Assembly: GCA_964016885.1 (NCBI GenBank)
Contig: OZ024744.1
Location: 24,428,001 to 24,492,000, forward strand
Reading direction: 5' to 3'
Source: Eledone cirrhosa
Lineage: Eukaryota
Length of the DNA: 64,000 nucleotides
The notes beneath the pieces were generated by a model that was given only the letters and a program-made list of their open reading frames with translations, was not told the DNA's origin and searched no databases. Position 1 is the first letter of the stretch, and each line of letters starts with the position of its first letter. Position numbers and translations under genes: made by a program. Below are positions 29,501 to 44,410 of this stretch, piece by piece.

Positions 29501-30535
29501 TTTAACAACAGTTTAATCTTAAGAACTGACTCGTTTTAACAACAGTTAAATCTTAAGATAAAATTCGTTTTAACAACAGTTGAATCTTAAGAACTTATTC
29601 GTTTTAACAACAGTTCAAACTTAAGAACAGACTCGTATTAACAACAGTTCAATCTTATTATAAAACTCATTTTAACAACAGTTGAATCTTAAGAACTGAT
29701 TCGTGTTAACAACAGATGAATCTTAAGATAAGACTCGTTATAACAACAGTTGATTCTTAAGAAATTACTCGTTTTTACAATAGTGGAATCTTAAGAACTG
29801 ACTCGTTTTAACAACAGTTGAATCTGAAGATGAAACTCGTTTTAACAACAGTTGATTCTTAAGACTGACTCGTTTTAACAACAGTTGAATCTGAAGATAA
29901 AACTCGTTTTAACAACAGTTGCATTTTAAGATAAAACTGGTTTTTACAACAGTTGAATCTTAAGAACTGACTCGTTTTAACAACAGTTGAATTTTAAGAT
30001 AAAACTTGTTTTAACAACAGTTGAGTATTAAGATAAGACTCGTTATAACAACAGTTGATTCTTAAGAACTGACTCGTTTTAACAACAGTTGAATCTTAAG
30101 AGAAAATTCGTTTTAACAGCAGCTAAATCTTAAGAACTGACTCGTGTTAACAACAGTTGAATCTTATGATAACACTCGTGTTAACAACAGTTGCATTTTA
30201 AGCTAAAACTGGTTTTAACAACAGTTGAATCTTAAGAACTGACTCGTCTTAACAACAGTTGAATCTTAAGATAAAACTCGTTTTAACAACAGTTGAATCT
30301 TTAGAACCGACTCGTGTTAACAACAGTTGAATCTTAAGAGAAAATTCGTTTTAACAACAGCTGAATCTTAAGAACTGACTCTCTTTAACAACAGTTGTAT
30401 CTTATGATAAAACTCGTTTAACAGTTGCATTTTAAGAGAAAACTGGTTTTAACAACAGTTGAATCTTAAGAACTGACTCGTTTTAATAACACTTTAATCT
30501 TATGATAAAACTTGTTTTAACAAGAGTTGAATCTT
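23511..30535 (+). repeat. Tandem duplication D: ~3.5 kb unit x2 (junction ~27,040)
   Basis: Offset 3529 for GGACTGACTCATTTTATC (23514/27043). Offset 3495 for GAGTCTTAGAG (24217/27712), TACAATAGTGG (26281/29776) and TGACTCTCTT (26881/30376). Confidence 0.9.
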
Positions 30536-33500
30536 AAGAACTGACTCGTTTTAACAACAGTTGAATTTTAAGATAAAACTCGTTTTAACAACAGTTGAAT
30601 ATTAAGATAAGACTCGTTATAACAACAGTTGATTCTTAAGACATTACTCGTTTTTACAATAGTGGAATCTTAAGAACTGACTCGTTTTAACAACAGTTGA
30701 ATCTGAAGATAAAACTCGTTTTAACAACAGTTGATTCTTAAGACTGACTCGTTTTAACAACAGTTGAATCTGAAGATAAAACTCGTTTTAACAACAGTTG
30801 CATTTTAAGATAAAACTGTTTTTTACAACAGTTGAATCTTAAGAACTGACTCGTTTTAACAACAGTTGAATTTTAAGATAAAACTTGTTTTAACAACAGT
30901 TGAGTATTAAGATAAGACTCGTTATAACAACAGTTGATTCTTAAGAAATTACTCGTTTTTACAACAGTTGAATCATAAGAACTGACTCGTTTTAACAACA
31001 GTTGAATCTTAAGATAAAACTCGTTTTAACAACAGTTGAATCTTATGAACTGACTCGTTTCAACAACAGTTGAAACTTATGATAAAACTCGTTTTAACAA
31101 CAGTTCCATTTTAAGATAAAACTGGTTTTAACAACAGTTGAATCTTAAGACCTGACTCGTTTTAACAACAGTTGAATCTTAAGATAATACTCGTTTTAAC
31201 AACAGTTGAATCTTTAGAAATGAATCGTTTTAATAACAGTTGAATCTTAAAATAAAACTCGTTTTAACAACAGTTGAATCTTAAGAACTGACTCGTGTTA
31301 ACAACAGTTGAATCTTAAGAGAAAATTCGTTTTAACAACAGCTGAATCTTGAGAACTGACCCGTCTTAACAACAGTTGAATCTTATGATAAAACTCGTTT
31401 AACAGTTGCATTTTAAGATAAAACTGGTTTTAACAACAGTTGAATCTTAAGAACTGACTTGTTTTAACAACAGTTGATTCTAAGAACTGACTCGTTTTAA
31501 CAACAGTTGCATTTTAAGATAAAACTGGTTTTTACAACAGTTGAATCTTAAGATAAAACTCGTTTTAACAACAGTTGAAACTTAAGAGAAAATTCGTTTT
31601 AAAAACTGCTGATACTTAAGAACTGACTCGTTTTAACAACAGTTGAACCTTAAGAACTGACTCGTTTTAACAACACTTGTAACTGATGATAAAACTCGTT
31701 TTAACAACAGTTGAACCTTAAGAACTGACTCGTTTTTACAACAGTTGAATCTTAAGAGAAAATTCGTTTTAACCACATCTAAATCTTAAGAACTGACTCG
31801 TTTTAACAACATTTGAATCTTATGATAAAACTCAATTTAACAACAGTTGCATTTAAAGATAAAACTAGTTTTAATGACAGTTGAATCTTAAGAACTGACT
31901 CGTTTTAACAACAGTTGAATCTGAAGAACTGACTCGTTTTAACAACAGTTGAATCTTAATAGAAAATCCGTTTTAACAACAGCTGAATCTTATGATAACA
32001 CTCGTTTTAACAACAGTTGAATCTGAAGAACTGACTCGTTTTATCAACTGTTGAATCTTAAGATAAAACTCGTTTTAACAACTGTTGAATCTTAAGAACT
32101 GCTCGTTTTTACAACACTTGTATCTTATGATAAAACTCGTTTTAACAACAGTTGAACCTTAAGAACTGACTCGTTTTAACAACAGTTGAATCTTAAAGTA
32201 AAACTCGTTTTAACAACAGTCGAATCTTAAGAAATCTCTCGTTTTAACAACAGTTGAATCTTTAGAACAGTCTCGTTTTAATAACAGTTGAATCTTAAAA
32301 TGAAGCTCGTTTTAACAACAGTTGAACCTTAAGAACTGACTCGTTTTAACAACAGTTGAACCTTAAGATAAAATTCGTTTTAACAACAGTTAAATCTTAA
32401 GAACTGACTCGTGTTAACAACAGTTGAATCTTATGATAACACTCGTGTTAACAACAGTTGCATTTTAAGATAAAACTGGTTTTAACAACAGTTGAATCTT
32501 AAGAACTGACTCGTTTTGACAACAGTTGAATCTTATGATAAAACTCGTTTAACAGTTGCATTTTAAGATAAAACTGGTTTTAACAACAGTTGAATCTTAA
32601 GAACTGACTTGTTTTAATAACATTTTAATCTTATGATAAAACTCGTTTTAACAACAGTTGAATCTTAAGAACTGACTCGTTTTAATAACAGATGAATCTT
32701 AAGATAAAACTGGTTTTAGCAACAGTTGAATCTTAAGAACTGACTCGTTTTAACAACAGTTGAATCTGAAGAACTGACTCGTTTTAACAACAATTGTATC
32801 TGAAGATAAAACTCATTTAACAACAGTTGAATCTTAAGAACTGTCTCGTTATAACAACACGTGTATCTTATGATACAACTCGTTTTAACAACAGTTGAAT
32901 CTTAAGAACTGACTCGTTTTAACAGCAATTGAATCTTAAGACAAAACTCGTTTTAACAACTGTTGAATCTTAAGAACTGACTCGTTTTAACAACAGTTCA
33001 ACCTTAAGAACTGACTGGTTTTAAAACAGTTGAATCTTAAGATAAATCTCGTTTTAACAACAGTTGAATCTTAAGAACTGACTCGTATTAACAACATTTG
33101 AATCTTAAGATAAAACTCGTTTTAACAACAGTTGAATCTTAAGAACTGACTCGTTTTAACAACAGTTGAATCGTAAGATAAATCTCGTTTTAACAACAGT
33201 TTAATCTTAAGAACTGACTCGTTTTAACAACAGTTAAATCTTAAGATAAAATTCGTTTTAACAACAGTTGAATCTTAAGAACTTATTCGTTTTAACAACA
33301 GTTCAAACTTAAGAACAGACTCGTATTCACAACAGTTCAATCTTATTATAAAACTCATTTTAACAACAGTTGAATCTTAAGAACTGATTCGTGTTAACAA
33401 CAGATGAATCTTAAGATAAGACTCGTTATAACAACAGTTGATTCTTAAGAAATTACTCGTTTTTACAATAGTGGAATCTTAAGAACTGACTCGTTTTAAC

Positions 33501-36445
33501 AACAGTTGAATCTGAAGATGAAACTCGTTTTAACAACAGTTGATTCTTAAGACTGACTCGTTTTAACAACAGTTGAATCTGAAGATAAAACTCGTTTTAA
33601 CAACAGTTGCATTTTAAGATAAAACTGGTTTTTACAACAGTTGAATCTTAAGAACTGACTCGTTTTAACAACAGTTGAATTTTAAGATAAAACTTGTTTT
33701 AACAACAGTTGAGTATTAAGATAAGACTCGTTATAACAACAGTTGATTCTTAAGAACTGACTCGTTTTAACAACAGTTGAATCTTAAGAGAAAATTCGTT
33801 TTAACAACAGCTAAATCTTAAGAACTGACTCGTGTTAACAACAGTTGAATCTTATGATAACACTCGTGTTAACAACAGTTGCATTTTAAGCTAAAACTGG
33901 TTTTAACAACAGTTGAATCTTAAGAACTGACTCGTCTTAACAACAGTTGAATCTTAAGATAAAACTCGTTTTAACAACAGTTGAATCTTTAGAACCGACT
34001 CGTGTTAACAACAGTTGAATCTTAAGAGAAAATTCGTTTTAACAACAGCTGAATCTTAAGAACTGACTCTCTTTAACAACAGTTGTATCTTATGATAAAA
34101 CTCGTTTAACAGTTGCATTTTAAGAGAAAACTGGTTTTAACAACAGTTGAATCTTAAGAACTGACTCGTTTTAATAACACTTTAATCTTATGATAAAACT
34201 TGTTTTAACAAGAGTTGAATCTTAAGAACTGACTCGTTTTAACAACAGTTGAATTTTAAATAAAACTCGTTTTAACAACAGTTGAATATTAAGATAAGAC
34301 TCGTTATAACAACAGTTGATTCTTAAGACATTACTCGTTTTTACAATAGTGGAATCTTAAGAACTGACTCGTTTTAACAACAGTTGAATCTGAAGATAAA
34401 ACTCGTTTTAACAACAGTTGATTCTTAAGACTGACTCGTTTTAACAACAGTTGAATCTGAAGAGAAAACTCGTTTTAACAACAGTTGCATTTTAAGATAA
34501 AACTGGTTTTTACAACAGTTGAATCTTAAGAACTGACTCGTTTTAACAACAGTTGAATTTTAAGATAAAACTTGTTTTAACAACAGTTGAGTATTAAGAT
34601 AAGACTCGTTATAACAACAGTTGATTCTTAAGAAATTACTCGTTTTTACAACAGTTGAATCATAAGAACTGACTCGTTTTAACAACAGTTGAATCTTAAG
34701 ATAAAACTCGTTTTAACAACAGTTGAATCTTTAGAACTGAATCGTTTTAATAACAGTTGAATCTTAAAATAAAACTCGTTTTAACAACAGTTGAATCTTA
34801 AGAACTGACTCGTTTCAACAACAGTTGAAACTTATGATAAAACTCGTTTTAACAACAGTTCCATTTTAAGATAAAACTGGTTTTAACAACAGTTGAATCT
34901 TAAGACCTGACTCGTTTTAACAACAGTTGAATCTTAAGATAATACTCGTTTTAACAACAGTTGAATCTTTAGAAATGAATCGTTTTAATAACAGTTGAAT
35001 CTTAAAATAAAACTCGTTTTAACAACAGTTGAATCTTAAGAACTGACTCGTGTTAACAACAGTTGAATCTTAAGAGAAAATTCGTTTTAACAACAGCTGA
35101 ATCTTGAGAACTGACCCGTCTTAACAACAGTTGAATCTTATGATAAAACTCGTTTAACAGTTGCATTTTAAGATAAAACTGGTTTTAACAACAGTTGAAT
35201 CTTAAGAACTGACTTGTTTTAACAACAGTTGATTCTAAGAACTGACTCGTTTTAACAACAGTTGCATTTTAAGATAAAACTGGTTTTTACAACAGTTGAA
35301 TCTTAAGATAAAACTCGTTTTAACAACAGTTGAAACTTAAGAGAAAATTCGTTTTAAAAACTGCTGATACTTAAGAACTGACTCGTTTTAACAACAGTTG
35401 AACCTTAAGAACTGACTCGTTTTAACAACACTTGTAACTGATGATAAAACTCGTTTTAACAACAGTTGAACCTTAAGAACTGACTCGTTTTAACAACAGT
35501 TGAATCTTAAGAGAAAATTCGTTTTAACCACATCTAAATCTTAAGAACTGACTCGTTTTAACAACATTTGAATCTTATGATAAAACTCAATTTAACAACA
35601 GTTGCATTTAAAGATAAAACTAGTTTTAATGACAGTTGAATCTTAAGAACTGACTCGTTTTAACAACAGTTGAATCTGAAGAACTGACTCGTTTTAACAA
35701 CAGTTGAATCTTAATAGAAAATCCGTTTTAACAACAGCTGAATCTTATGATAACACTCGTTTTAACAACAGTTGAATCTGAAGAACTGACTCGTTTTATC
35801 AACTGTTGAATCTTAAGATAAAACTCGTTTTAACAACTGTTGAATCTTAAGAACTGCTCGTTTTTACAACACTTGTATCTTATGATAAAACTCGTTTTAA
35901 CAACAGTTGAACCTTAAGAACTGACTCGTTTTAACAACAGTTGAATCTTAAAGTAAAACTCGTTTTAACAACAGTCGAATCTTAAGAAATCTCTCGTTTT
36001 AACAACAGTTGAATCTTTAGAACAGTCTCGTTTTAATAACAGTTGAATCTTAAAATGAAGCTCGTTTTAACAACAGTTGAACCTTAAGAACTGACTCGTT
36101 TTAACAACAGTTGAACCTTAAGGTAAAATTCGTTTTAACAACAGTTAAATCTTAAGAACTGACTCGTGTTAACAACAGTTGAATCTTATGATAACACTCG
36201 TGTTAACAACAGTTGCATTTTAAGATAAAACTGGTTTTAACAACAGTTGAATCTTAAGAACTGACTCGTTTTGACAACAGTTGAATCTTATGATAAAACT
36301 CGTTTAACAGTTGCATTTTAAGATAAAACTGGTTTTAACAACAGTTGAATCTTAAGAACTGACTTGTTTTAATAACATTTTAATCTTATGATAAAACTCG
36401 TTTTAACAACAGTTGAATCTTAAGAACTGACTCGTTTTAACAACA
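29000..36445 (+). repeat. Tandem duplication E: ~3.7 kb unit x2 (junction ~32,688)
   Basis: Offset 3688 for CAGATG..GGTTTTAGC (29001/32689) and GAAGATGAAA (29826/33514). Offset 3755 for AAAAACTGCTGATAC (31601/35356). Confidence 0.88.
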
Positions 36446-37689
36446 GTTCAATCTTAAGAGAAAATTCGTTTTAACAACAGCTAAATCTTAAGAACTGACT
36501 CGTGTTAACAACAGTTGAATCTTAAGATAAGACTCGTTATAACAACAGTTGATTCTTAAGAAATTACTCGTTTTTACAACAGTTGAATCTTAAGAACTGA
36601 CTTGTTTTAACAACAGTTAAATCGTAAGATAAAACTCGTTTTAACAACAGTTGATTCTTAAGACTGACTCGTTTTAACAACAGTTGAATCTTAAGAACTG
36701 GCTTGTTTTAACAACAGTTGAATCTAAGGACTGACTCGTTTTAACAACAGTTGCATTTTAAGATAAAACTGGTTTTTACAACAGTTGAATCTTAAGAACT
36801 GACTCGTTTTAACAACAGTTGAATTTTAAGATAAAACTTGTTTTAACAACAGTTGAGTATTAAGATAAGACTCGTTATAACAACAGTTGATTCTTAAGAA
36901 ATTACTCGTCTTTACAACAGTTGAATCTTAAGAACTGACTCGTTTCAACAACAGTTGAAACTTATGATAAAACTCGTTTTAACAACAGTTCCATTTTAAG
37001 ATAAAACTGGTTTTAACAACAGTTGAATCTTAAGACCTGACTCGTTTTAACAACAGTTGAATCTTGTGATAAAACTCGTTTAACAGTTGCATTTTAAGAT
37101 AAAACTGGTTTTAACAACAGTTGAATCTTAAGAACTGACACGTTTTAATAACACCTTAATCTTATGATAAAACTCGTTTTAACAACAGTTGATTCTTAAG
37201 AAATTACTCGTTTTTACAACAGTTGAATCTTAAGAACTGACTCGTTTTAACAACAGTTAAATCGTAAGATAAAACTCGTTTTAACAACAGTTGATTCTTA
37301 AGACTGACTCGTTTTAACAACAGTTGAATCTTAAGAACTGACTTGTTTTAACAACAGTTGAATCTAAGGACTGACTCGTTTTAGCAACAGTTGCATTTTA
37401 AGATAAAACTGGTTTTTACAACAGTTGAATCTTAAGAACTGACTCGTTTTAACAACAGTTGAATCTTAAGACAAAACCCGTTTTAACAACAGTTGAATCT
37501 TAAGAAGTGACTCGTTTTAACAACAGTTGAATCATAAGATAAACCTCGTTTTAACAACAGTTTAATCTTAACAACTGACTCGTTTTAATAACAGTTGAAT
37601 CTTAAGATAAAACTCGTTTTAACAACAGTTGATTCTTAAGAAATTACTCTTTTTAACAATAGTTGAATCTTCAAATAAAACTCGTTTTA

Positions 37690-40600
37690 ACAACAGTTTA
37701 ATCTTAAGTACTGACTCGTTTTAGCAACAGTTGAATCTTAAGATAAAATTCGTTTTAACAACAGTTGAATCTTAAGAACTGACTCATTTTATCAACAGTT
37801 CAACCTTAAGGACTGACTCATTTTAACAACAGTTGAATCTTCAAATAAAACTCGTTTTAACAACAGTTGAATCTTAAGACCTGATTCGTTTTAACAACAG
37901 TTGAATCTTAAGATAAAACTCGTTTTAACAACAGTTTAATCTTAAGAACTGACTCGTTTTAACAACAGATGAATCTTAAGATAAAATTCGTTTTAAAAAC
38001 AGTTGAATCTTAAAACTAACTCGTTTTAACAACAGTTGAATCTTAAGACAAAACCCGTTTTAACAACAGTTGAATCTTAAGAAGTGACTCGTTTTAACAA
38101 CAGTTGAATCATAAGATAAACCTCGTTTTAACAACAGTTTAATCTTAACAACTGACTCGTTTTAATAACAGTTGAATCTTAAGATAAAACTCGTTTTAAC
38201 AACAGTTGAATCTTAAGAATTGACTCGTTTTAACAACAGTTGAATCTTAAGACAAAACCCGTTTTAACAACAGTTGAATCTTAAGAACTGACTCGTTTTA
38301 ACAACAGTTGAATCTTAAGATAAACCTCGTTTTAACAACAGTTTAATCTTAAGAACTGACTCGTTTTAACAACAGTTGAATCTTAAGATAAAATTCGTTT
38401 TAACAACAGTTGAATCTTAAAACCGATTCGTTTTAACAACAGTTCAAACTTAAGAACTGATTCGTTTTAACAACAGTTGAATCTTATGATAAAACTGGTT
38501 TTAACAACAGTTGAGTCTTAGAGAACTGACACGTTTTAAAAACAGTTGAATCGTAAAATAAAACTAGTTTTAACAACAGTTGAATCTTAAGAACTGACTC
38601 GTTTTAACAACAGTTGAATCCTAAGAACTGACTCGTTTTAACAACAAATGAATCTTAAGAACTGACTCGTATTAACAACAGTTGAATCTTAAGATAAAAC
38701 TCGTTTTAACAACAGTTGAATCTTAAGAACTGACTCGTTTTAACAACAGTTGAATCTTAAGATAACATTCGTTTTAACAACAGTTGAATCTTAAGAAATT
38801 ATTCGTTTTAACAACAGTTCAAACTTAAGAACATACTCGTATTAACAACAGTTGAATCTTATTATAAAACTCATTTTAACAACAATTGAATCTTAAGAAC
38901 TTATTCGTGTTATCAACAGATGAATCTTAAGATAAACCTCGTTTTAACAACATTTGCATCTTATGAACTGGCTCGTTTAAACAACAGTTGAATCTTAAGA
39001 TAAAACTCGTTTTAACAACAGTTGAATCTTAAGAACTGACTCGTTTTAACAACAGTTGAATCTTAAGATAAAACTCGTTTTAACAACAGTTGAATCTTAA
39101 GAACTGACTCGTTTTAACAGCAGCTGAATCTTATGATACAACTCGTTTTAACAACGGTTGAATCTTAAGAACTGACTCGTTTTAACAACAATTGAATCTT
39201 AAGATAAAACTCGTTTTAACAACAGTTGAATCTTAAGAACTCACTCGTTTTAACAACAGTTGAATCTTATGATAAACCTCGTTTTAACAACGGTTGAATC
39301 TTAAGATAAAACACCATTTTAACAACAGTTGAATCTTAAAATAAAACTCGTTTTAACAACAGTTGAATCTTAAGAACTGCCTCGTGTTAAAAACAGTTGA
39401 ATCTTAAGAACTGATTCGTTTTAACATCAGTTGAATCTTAAGAACTGACTCGTTTTAACAACAGTTGAATCTTAAGAACTGACTCGTTTTAACAACAGAT
39501 GAATCTTAAGATAAAACTGGTTTTAACAACAGTTGAATCTTAAGAACTGACTCGTTTTAACAACAGTTGAATCTGAAGAACTGATTCGTTTTAACAACAA
39601 TTGTATCTGAAGATAAAACTCGTTTAACAACAGTTGAATCTTAAGAACTGTCTCGTTATAACAACACTTGTATCTTATGATACAACTCGTTTTAACAACT
39701 GTTGAATCTTAAGAACTGACTCGTTTTAACAACAGTTCAACCTTAAGAACTGACTGGTTTTAAAACAGTTGAATCTTAAGATAAATCTCGTTTTAACAAC
39801 AGTTGAATCTTAAGAACTGACTCGTATTAACAACATTTGAATCTTAAGATAAAACTCGTTATAACAACAGTTGAATCCTAAGAACTGACTCGTTTTAACA
39901 ACAGTTGAATCGTAAGATAAATCTCGTTTTAACAACAGTTTAATCTTAAGAACTGACTCGTTTTAACAACAGTTAAATCTTAAGATAAAATTCGTTTTAA
40001 CAACAGTTGTATCTTAAGAACTTATTCGTTTTAACAACAGTTCAAACTTAAGAACAGACTCGTATTAACAACAGTTGAATCTTATTATAAAACTCATTTT
40101 AACAACAGTTGAATCTTAAGAACTGATTCGTGTTAACAACAGATGAATCTTAAGATAAGACTCGTTATAACAACAGTTGATTCTTAAGAAATTACTCGTT
40201 TTTACAATAGTGGAATCTTAAGAACTGACTCGTTTTAACAACAGTTGAATCTGAAGATGAAACTCGTTTTAACAACAGTTGATTCTTAAGACTGACTCGT
40301 TTTAACAACAGTTGAATCTGAAGATAAAACTCGTTTTAACAACAGTTGCATTTTAAGATAAAACTGGTTTTTACAACAGTTGAATCTTAAGAACTGACTC
40401 GTTTTAACAACAGTTGAATTTTAAGATAAAACTTGTTTTAACAACAGTTGAGTATTAAGATAAGACTCGTTATAACAACAGTTGATTCTTAAGAACTGAC
40501 TCGTTTTAACAACAGTTGAATCTTAAGAGAAAATTCGTTTTAACAACAGCTAAATCTTAAGAACTGACTCGTGTTAACAACAGTTGAATCTTATGATAAC

Positions 40601-43600
40601 ACTCGTGTTAACAACAGTTGCATTTTAAGATAAAACTGGTTTTAACAACAGTTGAATCTTAAGAACTGACTCGTCTTAACAACAGTTGAATCTTAAGATA
40701 AAACTCGTTTTAACAACAGTTGAATCTTTAGAACCGACTCGTGTTAACAACAGTTGAATCTTAAGAGAAAATTCGTTTTAACAACAGATGAATCTTAAGA
40801 ACTGACTCTCTTTAACAACAGTTGTATCTTATGATAAAACTCGTTTAACAGTTGCATTTTAAGAGAAAACTGGTTTTAACAACAGTTGAATCTTAAGAAC
40901 TGACTCGTTTTAATAACACTTTAATCCTATGATAAAACTTGTTTTAACAAGAGTTGAATCTTAAGAACTGACTCGTTTTAACAACAGTTGAATTTTAAGA
41001 TAAAACTCGTTTTAACAACAGTTGAATATTAAGATAAGACTCGTTATAACAACAGTTGATTCTTAAGAAATTACTCGTTTTTACAATAGTGGAATCTTAA
41101 GAACTGACTCGTTTTAACAACAGTTGAATCTGAAGATAAAACTCGTTTTAACAACAGTTGATTCTTAAGACTGACTCGTTTTAACAACAGTTGAATCTGA
41201 AGATAAAACTCGTTTTAACAACAGTTGCATTTTAAGATAAAACTGGTTTTTACAACAGTTGAATCTTAAGAACTGACTCGTTTTAACAACAGTTGAATTT
41301 TAAGATAAAACTTGTTTTAACAACAGTTGAGTATTAAGATAAGACTCGTTATAACAACAGTTGATTCTTAAGAAATTACTCGTTTTTACAACAGTTGAAT
41401 CAGAAGAACTGACTCGTTTTAACAACAGTTGAATCTTAAGATAAAACTCGTTTTAACAACAGTTGAATCTTTAGAACTGAATCGTTTTAATAACAGTTGA
41501 ATCTTAAAATAAAACTCGTTTTAACAACAGTTGAATCTTAAGAACTGACTCGTTTCAACAACAGTTGAAACTTATGATAAAACTCGTTTTAACAACAGTT
41601 CCATTTTAAGATAAAACTGGTTTTAACAACAGTTGAATCTTAAGACCTGACTCGTTTTAACAACAGTTGAATCTTAAGATAATACTCGTTTTAACAACAG
41701 TTGAATCTTTAGAAATGAATCGTTTTAATAACAGTTGAATCTTAAAATAAAACTCGTTTTAACAACAGTTGAATCTTAAGAACTGACTCGTGTTAACAAC
41801 AGTTGAATCTTAAGAGAAAATTCGTTTTAACAACAGCTGAATCTTGAGAACTGACCCGTCTTAACAACAGTTGAATCTTATGATAAAACTCGTTTAACAG
41901 TTGCATTTTAAGATAAAACTGGTTTTAACAACAGTTGAATCTTAAGAACTGACTTGTTTTAACAACAGTTGATTCTAAGAACTGACTCGTTTTAACAACA
42001 GTTGCATTTTAAGATAAAACTGGTTTTTACAACAGTTGAATCTTAAGAACTGACTCATTTTAACAACAGTTGAATCTTAAGATAAAACTCGTTTTAACAA
42101 CAGTTGAAACTTAAGAGAAAATTCGTTTTAAAAACTGCTGATACTTAAGAACTGACTCGTTTTAACAACAGTTGAACCTTAAGAACTGACTCGTTTTAAC
42201 AACACTTGTAACTGATGATAAAACTCGTTTTAACAACAGTTGAACCTTAAGAACTGACTCGTTTTTACAACAGTTGAATCTTAAGAGAAAATTCGTTTTA
42301 ACCACATCTAAATCTTAAGAACTGACCTGTTTTAACAACATTTGAATCTTATGATAAAACTCAATTTAACAACAGTTGCATTTAAAGATAAAACTAGTTT
42401 TAATGACAGTTGAATCTTAAGAACTGACTCGTTTTAACAACAGTTGAATCTGAAGAACTGACTCGTTTTAACAACAGTTGAATCTTAATAGAAAATCCGT
42501 TTTAACAACAGCTGAATCTTATGATAACACTCGTTTTAACAACAGTTGAATCTGAAGAACTGACTCGTTTTATCAACTGTTGAATCTTAAGATAAAACTC
42601 GTTTTAACAACTGTTGAATCTTAAGAACTGCTCGTTTTTACAACACTTGTATCTTATGATAAAACTCGTTTTAACAACAGTTGAACCTTACGAACTGACT
42701 CGTTTTAACAACAGTTGAATCTTAAAGTAAAACTCGTTTTAACAACAGTCGAATCTTAAGAAATCTCTCGTTTTAACAACAGTTGAATCTTTAGAACAGT
42801 CTCGTTTTAATAACAGTTGAATCTTAAAATGAAGCTCGTTTTAACAACAGTTGAACCTTAAGAACTGACTCGTTTTAACAACAGTTGAACCTTAAGATAA
42901 AATTCGTTTTAACAACAGTTAAATCTTAAGAACTGACTCGTGTTAACAACAGTTGAATCTTATGATAACACTCGTGTTAACAACAGTTGCATTTTAAGAT
43001 AAAACTAGTTTTAACAACAGTTGAATCTTAAGAACTGACTCGTTTTGACAACAGTTGAATCTTATGATAAAACTCGTTTAACAGTTGCATTTTAAGATAA
43101 AACTGGTTTTAACAACAGTTGAATCTTAAGAACTGACTTGTTTTAATAACACTTTAATCTTATGATAAAACACGTTTTAACAACAGTTGAATCTTAAGAA
43201 CTGACTCGTTTTAACAACAGTTGAATCTTAAGAGAAAATTCGTTTTAACAACAGCTAAATCTTAAGAACTGACTCGTGTTAACAACAGTTGAATCTTATG
43301 ATAACACTCGTCTTAACAACAGTTGAATCTTAAGATAAAACTAGTTTTAACAAGAGTTGAATCTTAAGAACTGACTCGTTTTAACAACAGTTGAATTTTA
43401 AGATAAAACTCGTTTTAACAACAGTTGAATCTTAAGATAAGACTCGTTATAACAACAGTTGATTCTTAAGAAATTACTCGTTTTTACAACAGTTGAATCT
43501 TAAGAACTGACTTGTTTTAACAACAGTTAAATCGTAAGATAAAACTCGTTTTAACAACAGTTGATTCTTAAGACTGACTCGTTTTAACAACAGTTGAATC

Positions 43601-44410
43601 TTAAGAACTGGCTTGTTTTAACAACAGTTGAATCTAAGGACTGATTCGTTTTAACAACAGTTGCATTTTAAGATAAAACTGGTTTTTACAACAGTTGAAT
43701 CTTAAGATCTGACTCGTTTTAACAACAGTTGAATTTTAAGATAAAACTTGTTTTAACAACAGTTGAGTATTAAGATAAGACTCGTTATAACAACAGTTGA
43801 TTCTTAAGAAATTACTCGTCTTTACAACAGTTGAATCTTAAGAACTGACTCGTTTCAACAACAGTTGAAACTTATGATAAAACTCGTTTTAACAACAATT
43901 CCATTTTAAGATAAAACTGGTTTTAACAACAGTTGAATCTTAAGACCTGACTCGTTTTAACAACAGTTGAATCTTAAGAGAAAATTCGTTTTAACAACAG
44001 CTGAATCTTGGGAACTGACCCGTTTTAACAACAGTTGAATCTTGTGATAAAACTCGTTTAACAGTTGCATTTTAAGATAAAACTGGTTTTAACAACAGTT
44101 GAATCTTAAGAACTGACACGTTTTAATAACACCTTAATCTTATGATAAAACTCGTTTTAACAACAGTTGATTCTTAAGAAATTACTCGTTTTTACAACAG
44201 TTGAATCTTAAGAACTGACTCGTTTTAACAACAGTTAAATCGTAAGATAAAACTCGTTTTAACAACAGTTGATTCTTAAGACTGACTCGTTTTAACAACA
44301 GTTGAATCTTAAGAACTGAGTTGTTTTAACAACAGTTGAATCTAAGGACTGACTCGTTTTAGCAACAGTTGCATTTTAAGATAAAACTGGTTTTTACAAC
44401 AGTTGAATCT
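37690..44410 (+). repeat. ~6.7-7 kb block: unexpanded sister copy of the 23.4-37.4 kb region
   Basis: The same rare markers occur in the same order but without duplications D and E: GAGTCTTAGAG 38513, CATTTGCATC 38951, GAAGATGAAA 40253, AAAAACTGCTG 42130, AATCTAAGGA 43631 and 44339 (versus 36721 and 37361). Confidence 0.82.

Noticed and set aside
2478-36445. Duplications A-E as pure assembly artefacts
   Set aside because: The copies differ by substitutions and whole-monomer indels and are nested consistently, which favours real events. Haplotype mis-joining cannot be fully excluded without reads.
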